From Naegleria gruberi (lineage: Eukaryota), in the NCBI GenBank assembly GCA_000004985.1, contig GG738911.1: 64,000 bases of DNA; one strand, written 5' to 3'. Shown here in pieces: positions 39,108-49,292 of the stretch. The position numbers were made by a program, and so were the translations under genes. The notes below the pieces were generated by a model. That model saw only the letters and a list, made by a program, of their open reading frames with translations. It was not told where the DNA came from and did not search any database. Numbering within the stretch: the stretch's first letter is position 1; each line of letters opens with the position of its first letter.

Positions 39108-41021
39108 TTATGGAAGAGGTGAATTTTGAGAGGAAACTAAATTGTTTGTACTTGATATTGTCGACAATAGTTCAGAAGTTGATTCATTATTCACCACTGA
39201 TTGATCAATTGGATAGGCCATTTGTGAATTCTTGATAGAAGGCCTTCTGCTAGATTTCTCTTCCTTCTTCTCATCCCTCATTCCTTTCCATGTACATTTC
39301 ATCAATTCATAACATTTCATCACTCTATCAGTTATTCGATCTCCGTACATTATTCTAAACGATTCCTCATTCAAGGTAATGTAAGTACACGAACTGATGA
39401 GTGTTATCAAACTGGTATCGAGAAAGATATTTCTTGTAATTCCCCAAAATAATCCTAAAATGTCATAACCAAGAATGAATGTGAACAAGTTCAGGAAACA
39501 AACAATCAAGACACCAATTGACAAGATGGAAACAAGGAGAATAAACTTGGTGAAACGATATTCGAGAATTCCAGCATTCGAATCTCGTTTTCTCAAAGTT
39601 AAAAAGATTTTGAATCCATAAAACATAAAACCAATGACAAATGTCAATAAAAATAATGGAACTGAAGCTCCAAGTACAATCCATGCATAACCATAATCTG
39701 AAACTGTGGCGTAAACTATTCCAGAAATAATCAAAACTAAAATGACTCCCAAATAGAAAGCAATTAAAATTGCCTTATTAAGTTTGGACAAACCTTTGGA
39801 TCCTTGGTCTTTCCTTGTGGATATGTCAATCACGTGTGACCATGAAATAACCAATGAACTGTAGGCACAAACAACAAAGACTGCGGAGATTCCTCGGAAT
39901 AATCCAGAAAAGTAGCGATCATTGAAATCTTTGGTTTGGGAAAAGTTAAAAACAAATCGGAAAAGATTTTCTAAGCCACCACATAGACAACTCATACTTA
40001 ACATGATTGGAGGATGCATGACAATGTCAAAAAAGTGTTTCATCGTCTTTCTAAATTTGGAAAATAAAGCTGCTCCAGAAAAGGAAATATCTCTCATGGC
40101 CATTTGTCTAAATTTCTTAATTCTCTCAATCAACCTTGGTAGAAGAATAGCCCAAACAATGAACATGAACAATCCCTCGAAAATTATAAAGAAAATCCAC
40201 TGAACAGCTCTATAACTCAATGGAATAAAGAATAAATGATAAGCATCATTACAGTAGAAAGCAAACGAAAGTGAATTTGGATTTTGGTAATTACACCAAC
40301 ATAGAACAGGTAAGTGAAAAGGTCCTTGTCTTTTCAAATCAGCCAAATCTTCCCTAGAAATGCTATTGAAAAAGGAAAACATTTCGTATAGAGAAACATA
40401 TTTCGTATTCACAGTTTCGTTTCGACTTTTCTTATAATCTCCCAATTTTCCAACAAAGAACGGAGTAGTCAACATTTCATAATCAAACAATGGCAAATCC
40501 ACCATCTCCTCTCCAGTATTACATTGTCGTTTCAGAACCATTGTAAACTCAATCTCTGAAAATATTTGATTCACATCAAAACATGTTCCATTATTGTAAA
40601 TCTCCACAAATTCACCTCTATTTTCCATATGTTTACAATAAAGACAAGCATTCACAGCCGAATCCACCTGATCCAATTGTTCAATATTAGTCAAGTTCAG
40701 TAAAACTTGATTCATCTTGTTACAAAGAAGATCAGAACAAGAATTAATATCAAACTCTCCTAAAAGTTGAAATCTTTGCGAAAAACTTGCGTTTGTTGAA
40801 CAATATTCAAAAATTGTCGAGTCGAGTGAAAATAATCTTGGAAAATAGGATTGACTGACAGGTGGCAGACGCATTACTTCATCGACAGCCACAAGAACAT
40901 GATCAAGTTGTGGTAGCTGTCCTAGATGTTGTGTTTCGAAAGTTTGGCTTGTTGAGCTGTAACTGTCACTGATCAAGAGTGAAATGATTAACAGGACAAG
41001 TGTCAATGCAAATCGTGACAT
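39108..41021 (-). CDS. 7TM receptor-like membrane protein with a ~270-aa N-terminal ectodomain (GPCR-like; family not assignable by eye)
   Basis: Signal peptide MSRFALTLVLLIISLLISDS. Cys-containing, N-glycosylation-rich ectodomain. Seven hydrophobic helices (VQWIFFIIFEGLFMFIVWAILL ... LFWGITRNIFLDTSLITLISSCTYITL). Cytoplasmic S-rich tail. Confidence 0.6.
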   Translation of the reverse strand: MSRFALTLVLLIISLLISDSYSSTSQTFETQHLGQLPQLDHVLVAVDEVMRLPPVSQSYFPRLFSLDSTIFEYCSTNASFSQRFQLLGEFDINSCSDLLCNKMNQVLLNLTNIEQLDQVDSAVNACLYCKHMENRGEFVEIYNNGTCFDVNQIFSEIEFTMVLKRQCNTGEEMVDLPLFDYEMLTTPFFVGKLGDYKKSRNETVNTKYVSLYEMFSFFNSISREDLADLKRQGPFHLPVLCWCNYQNPNSLSFAFYCNDAYHLFFIPLSYRAVQWIFFIIFEGLFMFIVWAILLPRLIERIKKFRQMAMRDISFSGAALFSKFRKTMKHFFDIVMHPPIMLSMSCLCGGLENLFRFVFNFSQTKDFNDRYFSGLFRGISAVFVVCAYSSLVISWSHVIDISTRKDQGSKGLSKLNKAILIAFYLGVILVLIISGIVYATVSDYGYAWIVLGASVPLFLLTFVIGFMFYGFKIFLTLRKRDSNAGILEYRFTKFILLVSILSIGVLIVCFLNLFTFILGYDILGLFWGITRNIFLDTSLITLISSCTYITLNEESFRIMYGDRITDRVMKCYELMKCTWKGMRDEKKEEKSSRRPSIKNSQMAYPIDQSVVNNESTSELLSTISSTNNLVSSQNSPLP

Positions 41022-41489
41022 TTTTTTAAATTATGAAAAAGTTCGGTTTGACCTTTCGGATATGTTAGCGAGATCAAAGAATCCAAATGCCAAAACTTGG
41101 CAAGACGAAACTTGCAATTTTCATGGACACAAAAGTTTTTCTTCATGAAAAGTTGAGTCAGCTCAACTACTACATTGTGGACTGTGTGGTGAAACTAATT
41201 GTATTCTAATCTAAAGTTATTCGAAAGTTTCGAATAGTTACAATTAGAAGAACACAGAATAATCTTTGTAAGAATTCGAAATAGCATTTATTTACATTTC
41301 TGCAAATTTTCTCCTTTTCGTTCTCATCCAAATTTAGAAACATGATTATTTCAAATTTTACAATTTTGGAAATTTACATTAAGGTCATGTTTCTTCAATT
41401 GTAAACTTTCTCCATTCATTTCAGATAACAAACGAAATAAATTCGAATAGTTTGTTATCAATTCCTTTCCAATAACAAAAAAAAACAAA

Positions 41490-42443
41490 ATGAAAAAACA
41501 AATCATTGCAATCGCATTAATTCTCCTCTTGGCTTCAGTCTTTGTCTTGGCAGGTGACGTTGACAGTACAAGTGATAGCTCAGATTCTGTTGCTACCACC
41601 AAACCAGCAGAAATTCCAGTTGGTGAAAATTCTGAGAAGAAACAAGACGAAAGTTCTAAAAAGGAAAATCACAAGAGAGACGAAACTAATGGAAAAGACG
41701 ACTTTAAGGAAACCAAGTTTGATGAAGATAAGAAGAAGGATTCTGAAGAGAAGAAATCAGACGAAACTCATAAGAAATGCAAACTCGTTTGTGTTAAATT
41801 CAAGACTGAAAAGGGAAAGTGTTTGAAACACGAAATGAAAGATCAAGAAAAGGTTTGCATCAAACACAAGACAGAAGGTGAAGGTACATGTTTAGAATAC
41901 AAGCATTCCAAAAGTTGTGAAAAGTATTCGAAACCAACCAAGAAATGTATCAAGCACAAGAGCGAGAAAGTTTGTCAAAAGAAGAAAACTGAAAAGGTCT
42001 GCGATGAATATACCACCAAAAAAGTTTGTACTCGTCATGCTACTGAATGCGACCAATACACCACCAAGAAGAAATGCGAAACAGTTTCGTCCACAGATTC
42101 GTATTCCAAAAGTGGAAAATCTTGTAAGAATGTCAAAGTTTGTGCAAAGGAAAAGAAGGTCTGCAAGCACTACAAGAAGGAACAAGTTTGTAAGAAACAT
42201 AAGAAAGTTTCCAAATGTATCAAATTCAAGACTGAGAAGAAATGCATCAAGCACGAGCAAACCAAGAAGAAATGTTTAAAGTTTAAGAAATTGAAGAAAT
42301 GTATTAGAAAGTCAAAGGGAAAGAAGGTTTGCATCAAGCATAAACTTGTCGGTGGTAAGAAGGTCTGTAAGGAATATGAAAAGAAGAAAGTTTGTGAAAA
42401 GAAAGCTTGTGAAAAGAAGGAAGCAGATTCCTATTTAATGTAG
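41490..42443 (+). CDS. secreted, highly basic Lys/Cys-periodic repeat protein
   Basis: Signal peptide MKKQIIAIALILLLASVFVLA, then an acidic K/D/E/S-rich stretch, then about 20 Cys spaced every 10-13 residues in K-rich repeats of the form KxxCxKHKxEKxC (VCIKHKTEGEGTCLEYKHSKSCEKYSKPTKKCIKHKSEKVCQKKKTEKVCDEY...). No intron. Confidence 0.55.
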   Translation: MKKQIIAIALILLLASVFVLAGDVDSTSDSSDSVATTKPAEIPVGENSEKKQDESSKKENHKRDETNGKDDFKETKFDEDKKKDSEEKKSDETHKKCKLVCVKFKTEKGKCLKHEMKDQEKVCIKHKTEGEGTCLEYKHSKSCEKYSKPTKKCIKHKSEKVCQKKKTEKVCDEYTTKKVCTRHATECDQYTTKKKCETVSSTDSYSKSGKSCKNVKVCAKEKKVCKHYKKEQVCKKHKKVSKCIKFKTEKKCIKHEQTKKKCLKFKKLKKCIRKSKGKKVCIKHKLVGGKKVCKEYEKKKVCEKKACEKKEADSYLM

Positions 42444-42603
42444 ACGAAAGGTCAGCGAAAGTTCTGCAATTTTTGTAAATTTTGCACGATATGAAATTGT
42501 GTGTGATTCATACGAGTGAGTTCCATCAATAAATTTTGTAAACACATTTCCAAAAATAGCAAATTTATATATAGAAAATATTTAAAACAATTAGAATTTG
42601 AAA

Positions 42604-44352
42604 TTATTCTAAATATCTAAATAAAAAATCCAATTCCAATAAACCTCTTCCAAAGCACATAATAATCAAGTCAGCAATCAAATATTTCTTCTTTCCAATT
42701 TCCACAACTTCGTCTCTAATATCATTAACAATAAGACTCAGAATAGATTCGCCTTCTTTTCTCATAGTGACAACTCTATACGATTCCACTAGCATTTGAG
42801 GATCAAGCTCTAAATTTTCCTTATCCATCAGACCTTTCTCCAACAATTGGCTGACGATAGAGTTTGCATTGAATGGCAACCATTTTTTGATTACTTCAAA
42901 AGATGAGGCAGTATGCCCTAAGGAGGTATGTTCAAATTTCAATCGGCATTCAAGGGAGCTTAGGAAATCAGAGAACTTGCACTTGAGAGAGCGATCAGGT
43001 TTTTGGAGCATTACGTGAACCGGAAAGTCAAATGCCAATTGACCATTCTTGCTCAATTCTGAGGGATCCAACAAGATATGGAAATCACCAAAAGAAAAAT
43101 ACTCTGCATATCTGCTTGCGCCCAAAGGTGGTTCCAATTGGAACAAACAATCTTGAGAATCATTATTGTTGAGAGCTTCTTTCAATGAGGAATTCATCTC
43201 GAATTTAGAAAAACTCTTCCATGCAATATGAGACAAATAATTGACCGTAATTGATTCGTACTCTCTTCTCTTGATAACATTGGGAAATCTAGCACCAAGG
43301 TCCTTCAATTGAGAATAAACCTTACGTGTTAGAGGTAGGTCAATTGAATGAGTTTCTAATACCAAGGAACAAACATAAATATCGTCTGAAGATATGTACA
43401 TAGTCTTTGAAACCTTGTCAAGAAACACATCTCCTGCTTTAAAGCAAATATCTCCAATCCAGATTTTCTTGATAATTGCATGAGTTGTCTTATCATAAAG
43501 AAACATATAGGTACTATCCCTCAAAACAAGATAATGATCCAATTCACCAACAAAACGCAACCAACACTGAAATTTGACTCGTTGTTCACAATTTGAGAAG
43601 TTTCTACCAGTGAATAATCTGAGCTCTGATGTTTTGTCCTCAGTTCTAGTATTAATCCACAATGCATCTCTATTAGAATCATAGGTTATAGAATATGTGT
43701 TTTCTAACCTCAAAGTATCAACAAAGTATTTGTGTTGTAAAGTACTTCCATCCAAAACATGAATCTGTCTATCATTCGAAAGAATGACTTCATTTCTGGG
43801 AAGTGAATATTCCAACAAATCAGCTTCCAGATTTGTAATTCCCAAATTCCTTCTTTGCAAAACGGTGAATTTCCCATTGGGATCGATTTTAGCCTTCACC
43901 AAGTCCTACACGATTAAATCATCTGGACTTTCGTCTGGAGGATTCTCCTGAACAATACACATTGGATAGAATGCAATAAGATCACCCAAATCACACCGAT
44001 GAATAAATTTCTTACTGTCCATGTCGAAGACATGCAGAAAACAATTCGAGTTTGGTCTATCACTACTTTCGGAAACTATTATCAATCGTTTCTTCATGTG
44101 GATTCTAAGGTCGAGGGTTGTCTCGATTTCTATTTGAAAAGTGTTCAGGTGAGATAGAAAAGCCTTCTCCAAGCATAGAAGAGTTGGAGTGGAAAGTTTC
44201 TTCTCCAACCATAAATGTGTGAAATGTTTCTCCAAGATTCCATCAATGAAAACTAAACGGACTGGTGCGTGAGAGTCAAGGCTTTTTTCAATGTTTCTGT
44301 ATTTAGCTTTAGGTTCGTAATCATTCACCTCAAAGATATGCTTTGTTTTCAT
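42604..44352 (-). pseudogene. family X paralogue with an in-frame TAG (43906..43908) splitting it into two same-frame ORFs; either a pseudogene or an assembly error
   Basis: ORFs 43906..44352 and 42604..43902 are in the same frame, separated only by TAG (...PDDLIV*DLVKAKIDPNGKF...). ATG at 44352. Conserved family blocks (YEPKAKY, VRLVFIDGILEKHF...KLSTPTLLCLE, LEPPLGAS and others) are present in both halves. Confidence 0.5.
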
Positions 44353-44576
44353 TTTTTTTGTATTCGAAACTAGCCTTTATTTCTGCCTCTTTCAGTTTCA
44401 CAATACGAATCACAAACAAGCCTTCGTTTTAAATTGAATGAGAAACTAACATGGCAGGATGTTCCGTTATGGAAACATGGAAATATTGGGATGAACTAAT
44501 CACACAACATTGATCACTAAACTTGCCTAATTGAATCGAATATAATCACTCCATAGTATGCACTAATAAATTCTTC

Positions 44577-46391
44577 CTAATCCTCGTAAATGTCATTGTG
44601 GAAACTAAATACTTCTTTTTCGATAGCCAATGCCAATAAATCCATTAATAAATATTCCTTATTATTAAAGATCACCACATTCTTCCTGAACTTTTTCAAA
44701 ACCTTTAGCAAGTCTCCAAAATTAGGTGACAATGTAATATTTCTATAAACGTCCAATAACTTTCCAGAATCGAGCTCAAGAGTTTGTGGATCAATTAATG
44801 AATTATTATTTAAAGATTTGTACATTTCTTGCAAGTTAAATTTGATCTCTTTTGTATAATAATCATTTTCAAGACCCACACTAACGCATGGTTTTAAAGT
44901 GTCCAGAAAATCTGATAATTTACATTTGACAGTGAACTCTTGTGGTACACAAAGATACACTGGGAAATCTGTCAAATTCTTTCCGTTTTGTTGCAAATCT
45001 GATTGCAATACTGCTAAATGGTAATCATCGGGACTAATTGAGTTTGCACCAATAATGTGAACTTGATCAATTGGCAAATAATCGGATAAATACTCTAAAT
45101 CTGGTTTGATATTTTGCAATGCAATAGTAAAATCTATAGATTTTAGCTCGTCAACTACTTGCTTAAGGTCACAATCCACAAACTCGGAAATTACTGAAAC
45201 ATCCTTAAACCCCTTAAATTCTACAAGTTGTTTAAATCCAAAGTTCATATTTGCTAGAAAGCTCACAACGTTTGGCACATTATTTTCCCTCACAATCACT
45301 TGGGGTAACTTTGCTCCAAGTCTTTCCAATTGCAAACATATTTCCTCACCCAAAGGTTTATCTATAGAGTAAGTGTCTAATTTCAATTCTAATTGATACA
45401 CTTGCTCCTTACCACATGAAAATATGGTTTTAGAAACTCTATCGTATGCGTAAGCCTCCATCAGTACATCATCTCCAATTTTTTTGATAACCATGTGACT
45501 GGATTTGTCAATTAGATACAGACCGTCCTCATATCTAAGGACATGAAACTTATCAAGCTCCATTTCAAACATTAATTCCACCATCCCAATACGATCATCT
45601 TGTTCTACAGAAAATAATATTTCACTCTTTGCAAAGGTTGGACCATAATATTTTCTCACATAATGCTCCGAACTATGGCCATTACCAAACACTAACAAAT
45701 AATCAGAATGGGGATAATAACGAACAACATATTGTGCGTCATCATCAATAAATGTATACTTGAACACCAAGCTATCTCCATCAAATACTAGAATTTTTCC
45801 AAAGTTCACAACCATTAACTCATTTCTAGGTCCAATAAATTCCAAATTTGCACAAGTAAAGCTATCTGCATCCATTACTGGTTCTACTTCTTTCATAATT
45901 GGGAACTTCTGATCTGGATCAAGTAGAATTTTCATCAAACAATAATCTTGCGAAATAGTATACAAGATTTCTTTCCCATCACCATTTTCTACAATGTGCA
46001 TTGCTATCACATTTCCATGGAAATGATTAATATCATATAGAACATTTCCACTCTCTAAACAAACAATAAGAATTGAAGCCTTGTTGTTGGCGGCAAGTAG
46101 CCACCTTTTGGTGGGATGTATTGTTATGGATGGTATGCCATAGTCTTCTTCCGATAATTTAAAGGTTTTAAGAGTGATGAGACTAGTCTCTTCCAAACAA
46201 GTTATTGTTGGAGTGTGGAGTTTCTCCCGAAGCATTGAATTCGTATAATGATTCTCCACTCCATCAAGAAATACCAATCTTGTGAGATTTTCAGAGTCAT
46301 CATTCTCTTCATCATGAAGGCTTTCAATTTTCTTCTTTTTTAATTTTGGTTCGTGTTCGCTGATAGTTTCTTCAAGAAGCCTTGATTTCAT
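44577..46391 (-). CDS. family X paralogue
   Basis: Probable start MKSRLLEETISEHEPKLKKKKIESL, matching the MKS...EPKLKKKKIE start of the neighbouring paralogue. Conserved RLVFLDGVENHY...KLHTPTITCLEE, PLGEEICLQLERLGAKLPQVIV, YLLMDLLALA and other blocks. Confidence 0.6.
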   Translation of the reverse strand: MKSRLLEETISEHEPKLKKKKIESLHDEENDDSENLTRLVFLDGVENHYTNSMLREKLHTPTITCLEETSLITLKTFKLSEEDYGIPSITIHPTKRWLLAANNKASILIVCLESGNVLYDINHFHGNVIAMHIVENGDGKEILYTISQDYCLMKILLDPDQKFPIMKEVEPVMDADSFTCANLEFIGPRNELMVVNFGKILVFDGDSLVFKYTFIDDDAQYVVRYYPHSDYLLVFGNGHSSEHYVRKYYGPTFAKSEILFSVEQDDRIGMVELMFEMELDKFHVLRYEDGLYLIDKSSHMVIKKIGDDVLMEAYAYDRVSKTIFSCGKEQVYQLELKLDTYSIDKPLGEEICLQLERLGAKLPQVIVRENNVPNVVSFLANMNFGFKQLVEFKGFKDVSVISEFVDCDLKQVVDELKSIDFTIALQNIKPDLEYLSDYLPIDQVHIIGANSISPDDYHLAVLQSDLQQNGKNLTDFPVYLCVPQEFTVKCKLSDFLDTLKPCVSVGLENDYYTKEIKFNLQEMYKSLNNNSLIDPQTLELDSGKLLDVYRNITLSPNFGDLLKVLKKFRKNVVIFNNKEYLLMDLLALAIEKEVFSFHNDIYED

Positions 46392-46499
46392 TTTTTTGTA
46401 AAATATTTCCATTCCATTTAGGTAATTAATGGATGTTAATGTTTGATTGATGGACCATTTAAACAAGCTTTACCAATTACTGTTAAATAATAAATTGAA

Positions 46500-48368
46500 C
46501 TATTCATCATTCTCAGAGTCATAAAAAGTTTCAGTTTGGAATTGTATCAATTCTCTTTTTCCACTAGCTTGTGCCATGACTAATAAATCTACCAATAAAT
46601 ATTCCGTCTTGTTGATTGTTACAATATGTTCCTTGAGTTCTTGATTAACCTGGAGCAAAGTACTAAACTGAGGTTTAGTTGCTACATTTCTGTAAGATTT
46701 TAATAATATGGTAGGGTTGAGCTCTAAAGAAATTTGAGAAATTAATGAATTATTCTTTAAAGCTTCGTACACTTCTTGCAACTTGAACTTGAACTCTTTG
46801 GTATCGTCATCCCTTTTAAGTTTCACACTAATGCATGGTTTTAGAGTGCCAAGGAAATCTGATAATTTACATTTAAATATATTCTTTTCTCGAATAACTA
46901 AGATTGGAAAATCTGTTAAATACTGTCCATTTTGATGCAAATCTGATAGTAATACTCCTATACAATACTTATCGCACCGAACTGAGTGACCACCAATAAG
47001 AAACACTTCGTCGTTTGGAAATTTGGTTGGAAAAAGGCCCTTTAAATCTTCCTGTACAATTGTTTTAAAACTAAAAGAGAAATCATAATGTACACCTCTA
47101 ACCTTGTCAAGTCTAACAGGCTTGTTTTCAATTATTTCATAATACTCAGAAATTAGTGATTGGTTCGCAACCCCTTCAAATTGAAGTTCAGCGAACGGCT
47201 TTGGTTCCGACCTCATTTGTTTCAAAAAGCTCACTGCATTTGGTGTATTGCTTTCCTTAACAATTACTCGAGGTAAATTTAATCCAAGTTTTTCCAATTT
47301 TAAACAAACATCCTCTTCCAAAGGTTTATCAATAGAGTAAGTGTCTAATTGTAATTCTAATTGATAGACTTTCCTCTCCCTAGTATATCCAAATATTGTT
47401 TTTGAAGCTCTATCGTAAGAATAGTTTTCTATCAGCAAATCAGTCTCAATTTTTTGGAGAAGTAAATGGTTTGATTTTTCGATAAGAAACAAGTCGTCTT
47501 CTACTCTCATTACGTAAAACTTATCAAGCTCCATTTCGAACAGTAATTCCGCAAGCCCAATACTATCATCCAGGTCAACGTACATTACCATTTCACTTTC
47601 TGAAAAGTTTGGTCCATAGTATTTCCTTAACACATGTTCCGGGTAATTATTAGAAAATACGAATAATTGATCATGAATTGGATTATAATGAGTGTAGTAT
47701 GTTCGATACAATTCACTTTCACTTGCAAACTTCGTCTTCACGAAAAATTCACCGTCAAATACTAATAATTGGTTTGTAAAACCCACAAATAACTCATTCC
47801 TAGATTCAATAAATTTCAAATCTGTAATATCACCAAACTGTAAGAATGATCTATGGTTCAAAATTGGTAAATCCCTCTCTGTATCAAGTTTGATTTTTAG
47901 TACTTCTCTATGGCTATACAAGAAGACAATATCATTATCCCCATGCTCACTCTCCACAATACACATTCCATAAACATCATTATCAATTTCTAATCTAAAA
48001 CTGTGCAATGTTACTCCACTCTCCAAACTGATAATTTTAAAACCAATATGATCAGAATCATCTTTTAAACAAGTAACAACAAGCAACCATTGCTTTTTTT
48101 GATGTATTTGAATGCATGATATTCCATCCGATATTTCAAATGTTCTACGAACAACAAGTTTAGCCCCCTCCAAACAAGTCATCGTGGATGGATTGCAAAG
48201 TTTCTTACAAAGCAATGAATTCATATAATGTTTCTCAATTCCATCAAGAAACACCAATCGGGTGCGATCGTCATCATTATTTAGATGATCTTCAATCTTC
48301 TTCTTTTTTAATTTTGGTTCATACTCGTATTGACCATCATTCATTTCCTCATCATTGTGTGATTTCAT
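46500..48368 (-). CDS. family X paralogue
   Basis: MKSHNDEEMNDGQYEYEPKLKKKKIEDH start. Strong co-linear similarity to 44577..46391 (for example VFDGE, RKYYGPNFSESE, ELLFEMELDKFYVMR, YQLELQLDTYSIDKPLEEDVCLKLEKLG, FKCKLSDFLGTLKPC). Confidence 0.6.
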   Translation of the reverse strand: MKSHNDEEMNDGQYEYEPKLKKKKIEDHLNNDDDRTRLVFLDGIEKHYMNSLLCKKLCNPSTMTCLEGAKLVVRRTFEISDGISCIQIHQKKQWLLVVTCLKDDSDHIGFKIISLESGVTLHSFRLEIDNDVYGMCIVESEHGDNDIVFLYSHREVLKIKLDTERDLPILNHRSFLQFGDITDLKFIESRNELFVGFTNQLLVFDGEFFVKTKFASESELYRTYYTHYNPIHDQLFVFSNNYPEHVLRKYYGPNFSESEMVMYVDLDDSIGLAELLFEMELDKFYVMRVEDDLFLIEKSNHLLLQKIETDLLIENYSYDRASKTIFGYTRERKVYQLELQLDTYSIDKPLEEDVCLKLEKLGLNLPRVIVKESNTPNAVSFLKQMRSEPKPFAELQFEGVANQSLISEYYEIIENKPVRLDKVRGVHYDFSFSFKTIVQEDLKGLFPTKFPNDEVFLIGGHSVRCDKYCIGVLLSDLHQNGQYLTDFPILVIREKNIFKCKLSDFLGTLKPCISVKLKRDDDTKEFKFKLQEVYEALKNNSLISQISLELNPTILLKSYRNVATKPQFSTLLQVNQELKEHIVTINKTEYLLVDLLVMAQASGKRELIQFQTETFYDSENDE

Positions 48369-48650
48369 TTTTTAAATAATTTACAATTAATTCTTCATCA
48401 TCAATAATATATTTTCATCAATTTTTCTGAGCATCGGAATGCACACACTCTTTCATGGGAACCATCATCCTTACAAATTGTTGAAAAAGATGTTGTTGTG
48501 TCGCCTCTTTAATTTATTGTAAATTCCGTTTAATAATTTGCCCAAAAAAGTCGTCCAGCAAAAAACACTCGACACCTCTTTGTGTTGTATCGACTTGGCT
48601 TCACTTTAAGGCTTAAAAAACAACACGTTGCGTCGAGTTTACAATTTTTT

Positions 48651-48677
48651 TATGGCGCGCAACTTCACTTTCGCGAG
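48651..48677. promoter_or_regulatory. GC-rich palindromic E2F-like element (TATGGCGCGCAACTTCACTTTCGCGAG) about 70-95 bp upstream of the eL41 gene
   Basis: GGCGCGC and TTTCGCGAG are conspicuous in otherwise AT-rich intergenic DNA. A near-identical TATGGCGCGCAAGTT lies at 54727-54741. Confidence 0.25.
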
Positions 48678-48746
48678 AAAATAAGCTTAAATTGATTGAC
48701 GCTGTTGAATATTGGAGTTTTCATCTGCAAAAAAAATACAATAACC

Positions 48747-48887
48747 ATGAGAGAAAAGTGGAAGAAGAAGCGTATGCGTAGACTTAAGAAAAAGAGAAGG
48801 AAGGTAAGTGAATATTCATAGTATGGTGTGGTTTCTTAAACTGTTATTTTAATATTATTATTACAGATGAAGCAACGTGCCAAGTAA
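48747..48887 (+). CDS. rpl41: ribosomal protein eL41 (RPL41), 25 aa, two exons (48747..48803, 48867..48887)
   Basis: Exon 1 encodes [19 protein letters not shown], exon 2 MKQRAK then stop; together almost identical to the universal eL41 peptide ([25 protein letters not shown]). The intron is 63 nt, GTAAGT...TTACAG. Confidence 0.85.
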
Positions 48888-49292
48888 ATTAACTTGAATT
48901 GTTTTGCTCTTTCGTAAGAAGACTTGCACCTTTGTGCAACCAATTTTGTTCCGAGAGAATTTTCAATAAAAGTACAAAGTTTCGAAACGTAATTGTCCAG
49001 CTATTGTACAGAAAACTAATCGATAATTTTACAGCATGACGATGAGCCAATTTATCAAAATTTAGTAACCGAACAGCTGCAACGACGAAGTGTTGTCCAG
49101 AGACTGGGGAATATTTATGCTTTGCTTTAAATTACTGTGATGATACTATTTATCTGCACAAATTCATCAAGTAATGCTCCATCTTGTTACTTCACAACAT
49201 CAAGTGCTCCGACTGCATTTCAAATTCCTTCCCAGCACAGCCAACAATAATTTCATTCTTTAAAGCCTAACGTTCATTACGCTCAAGTTTAT

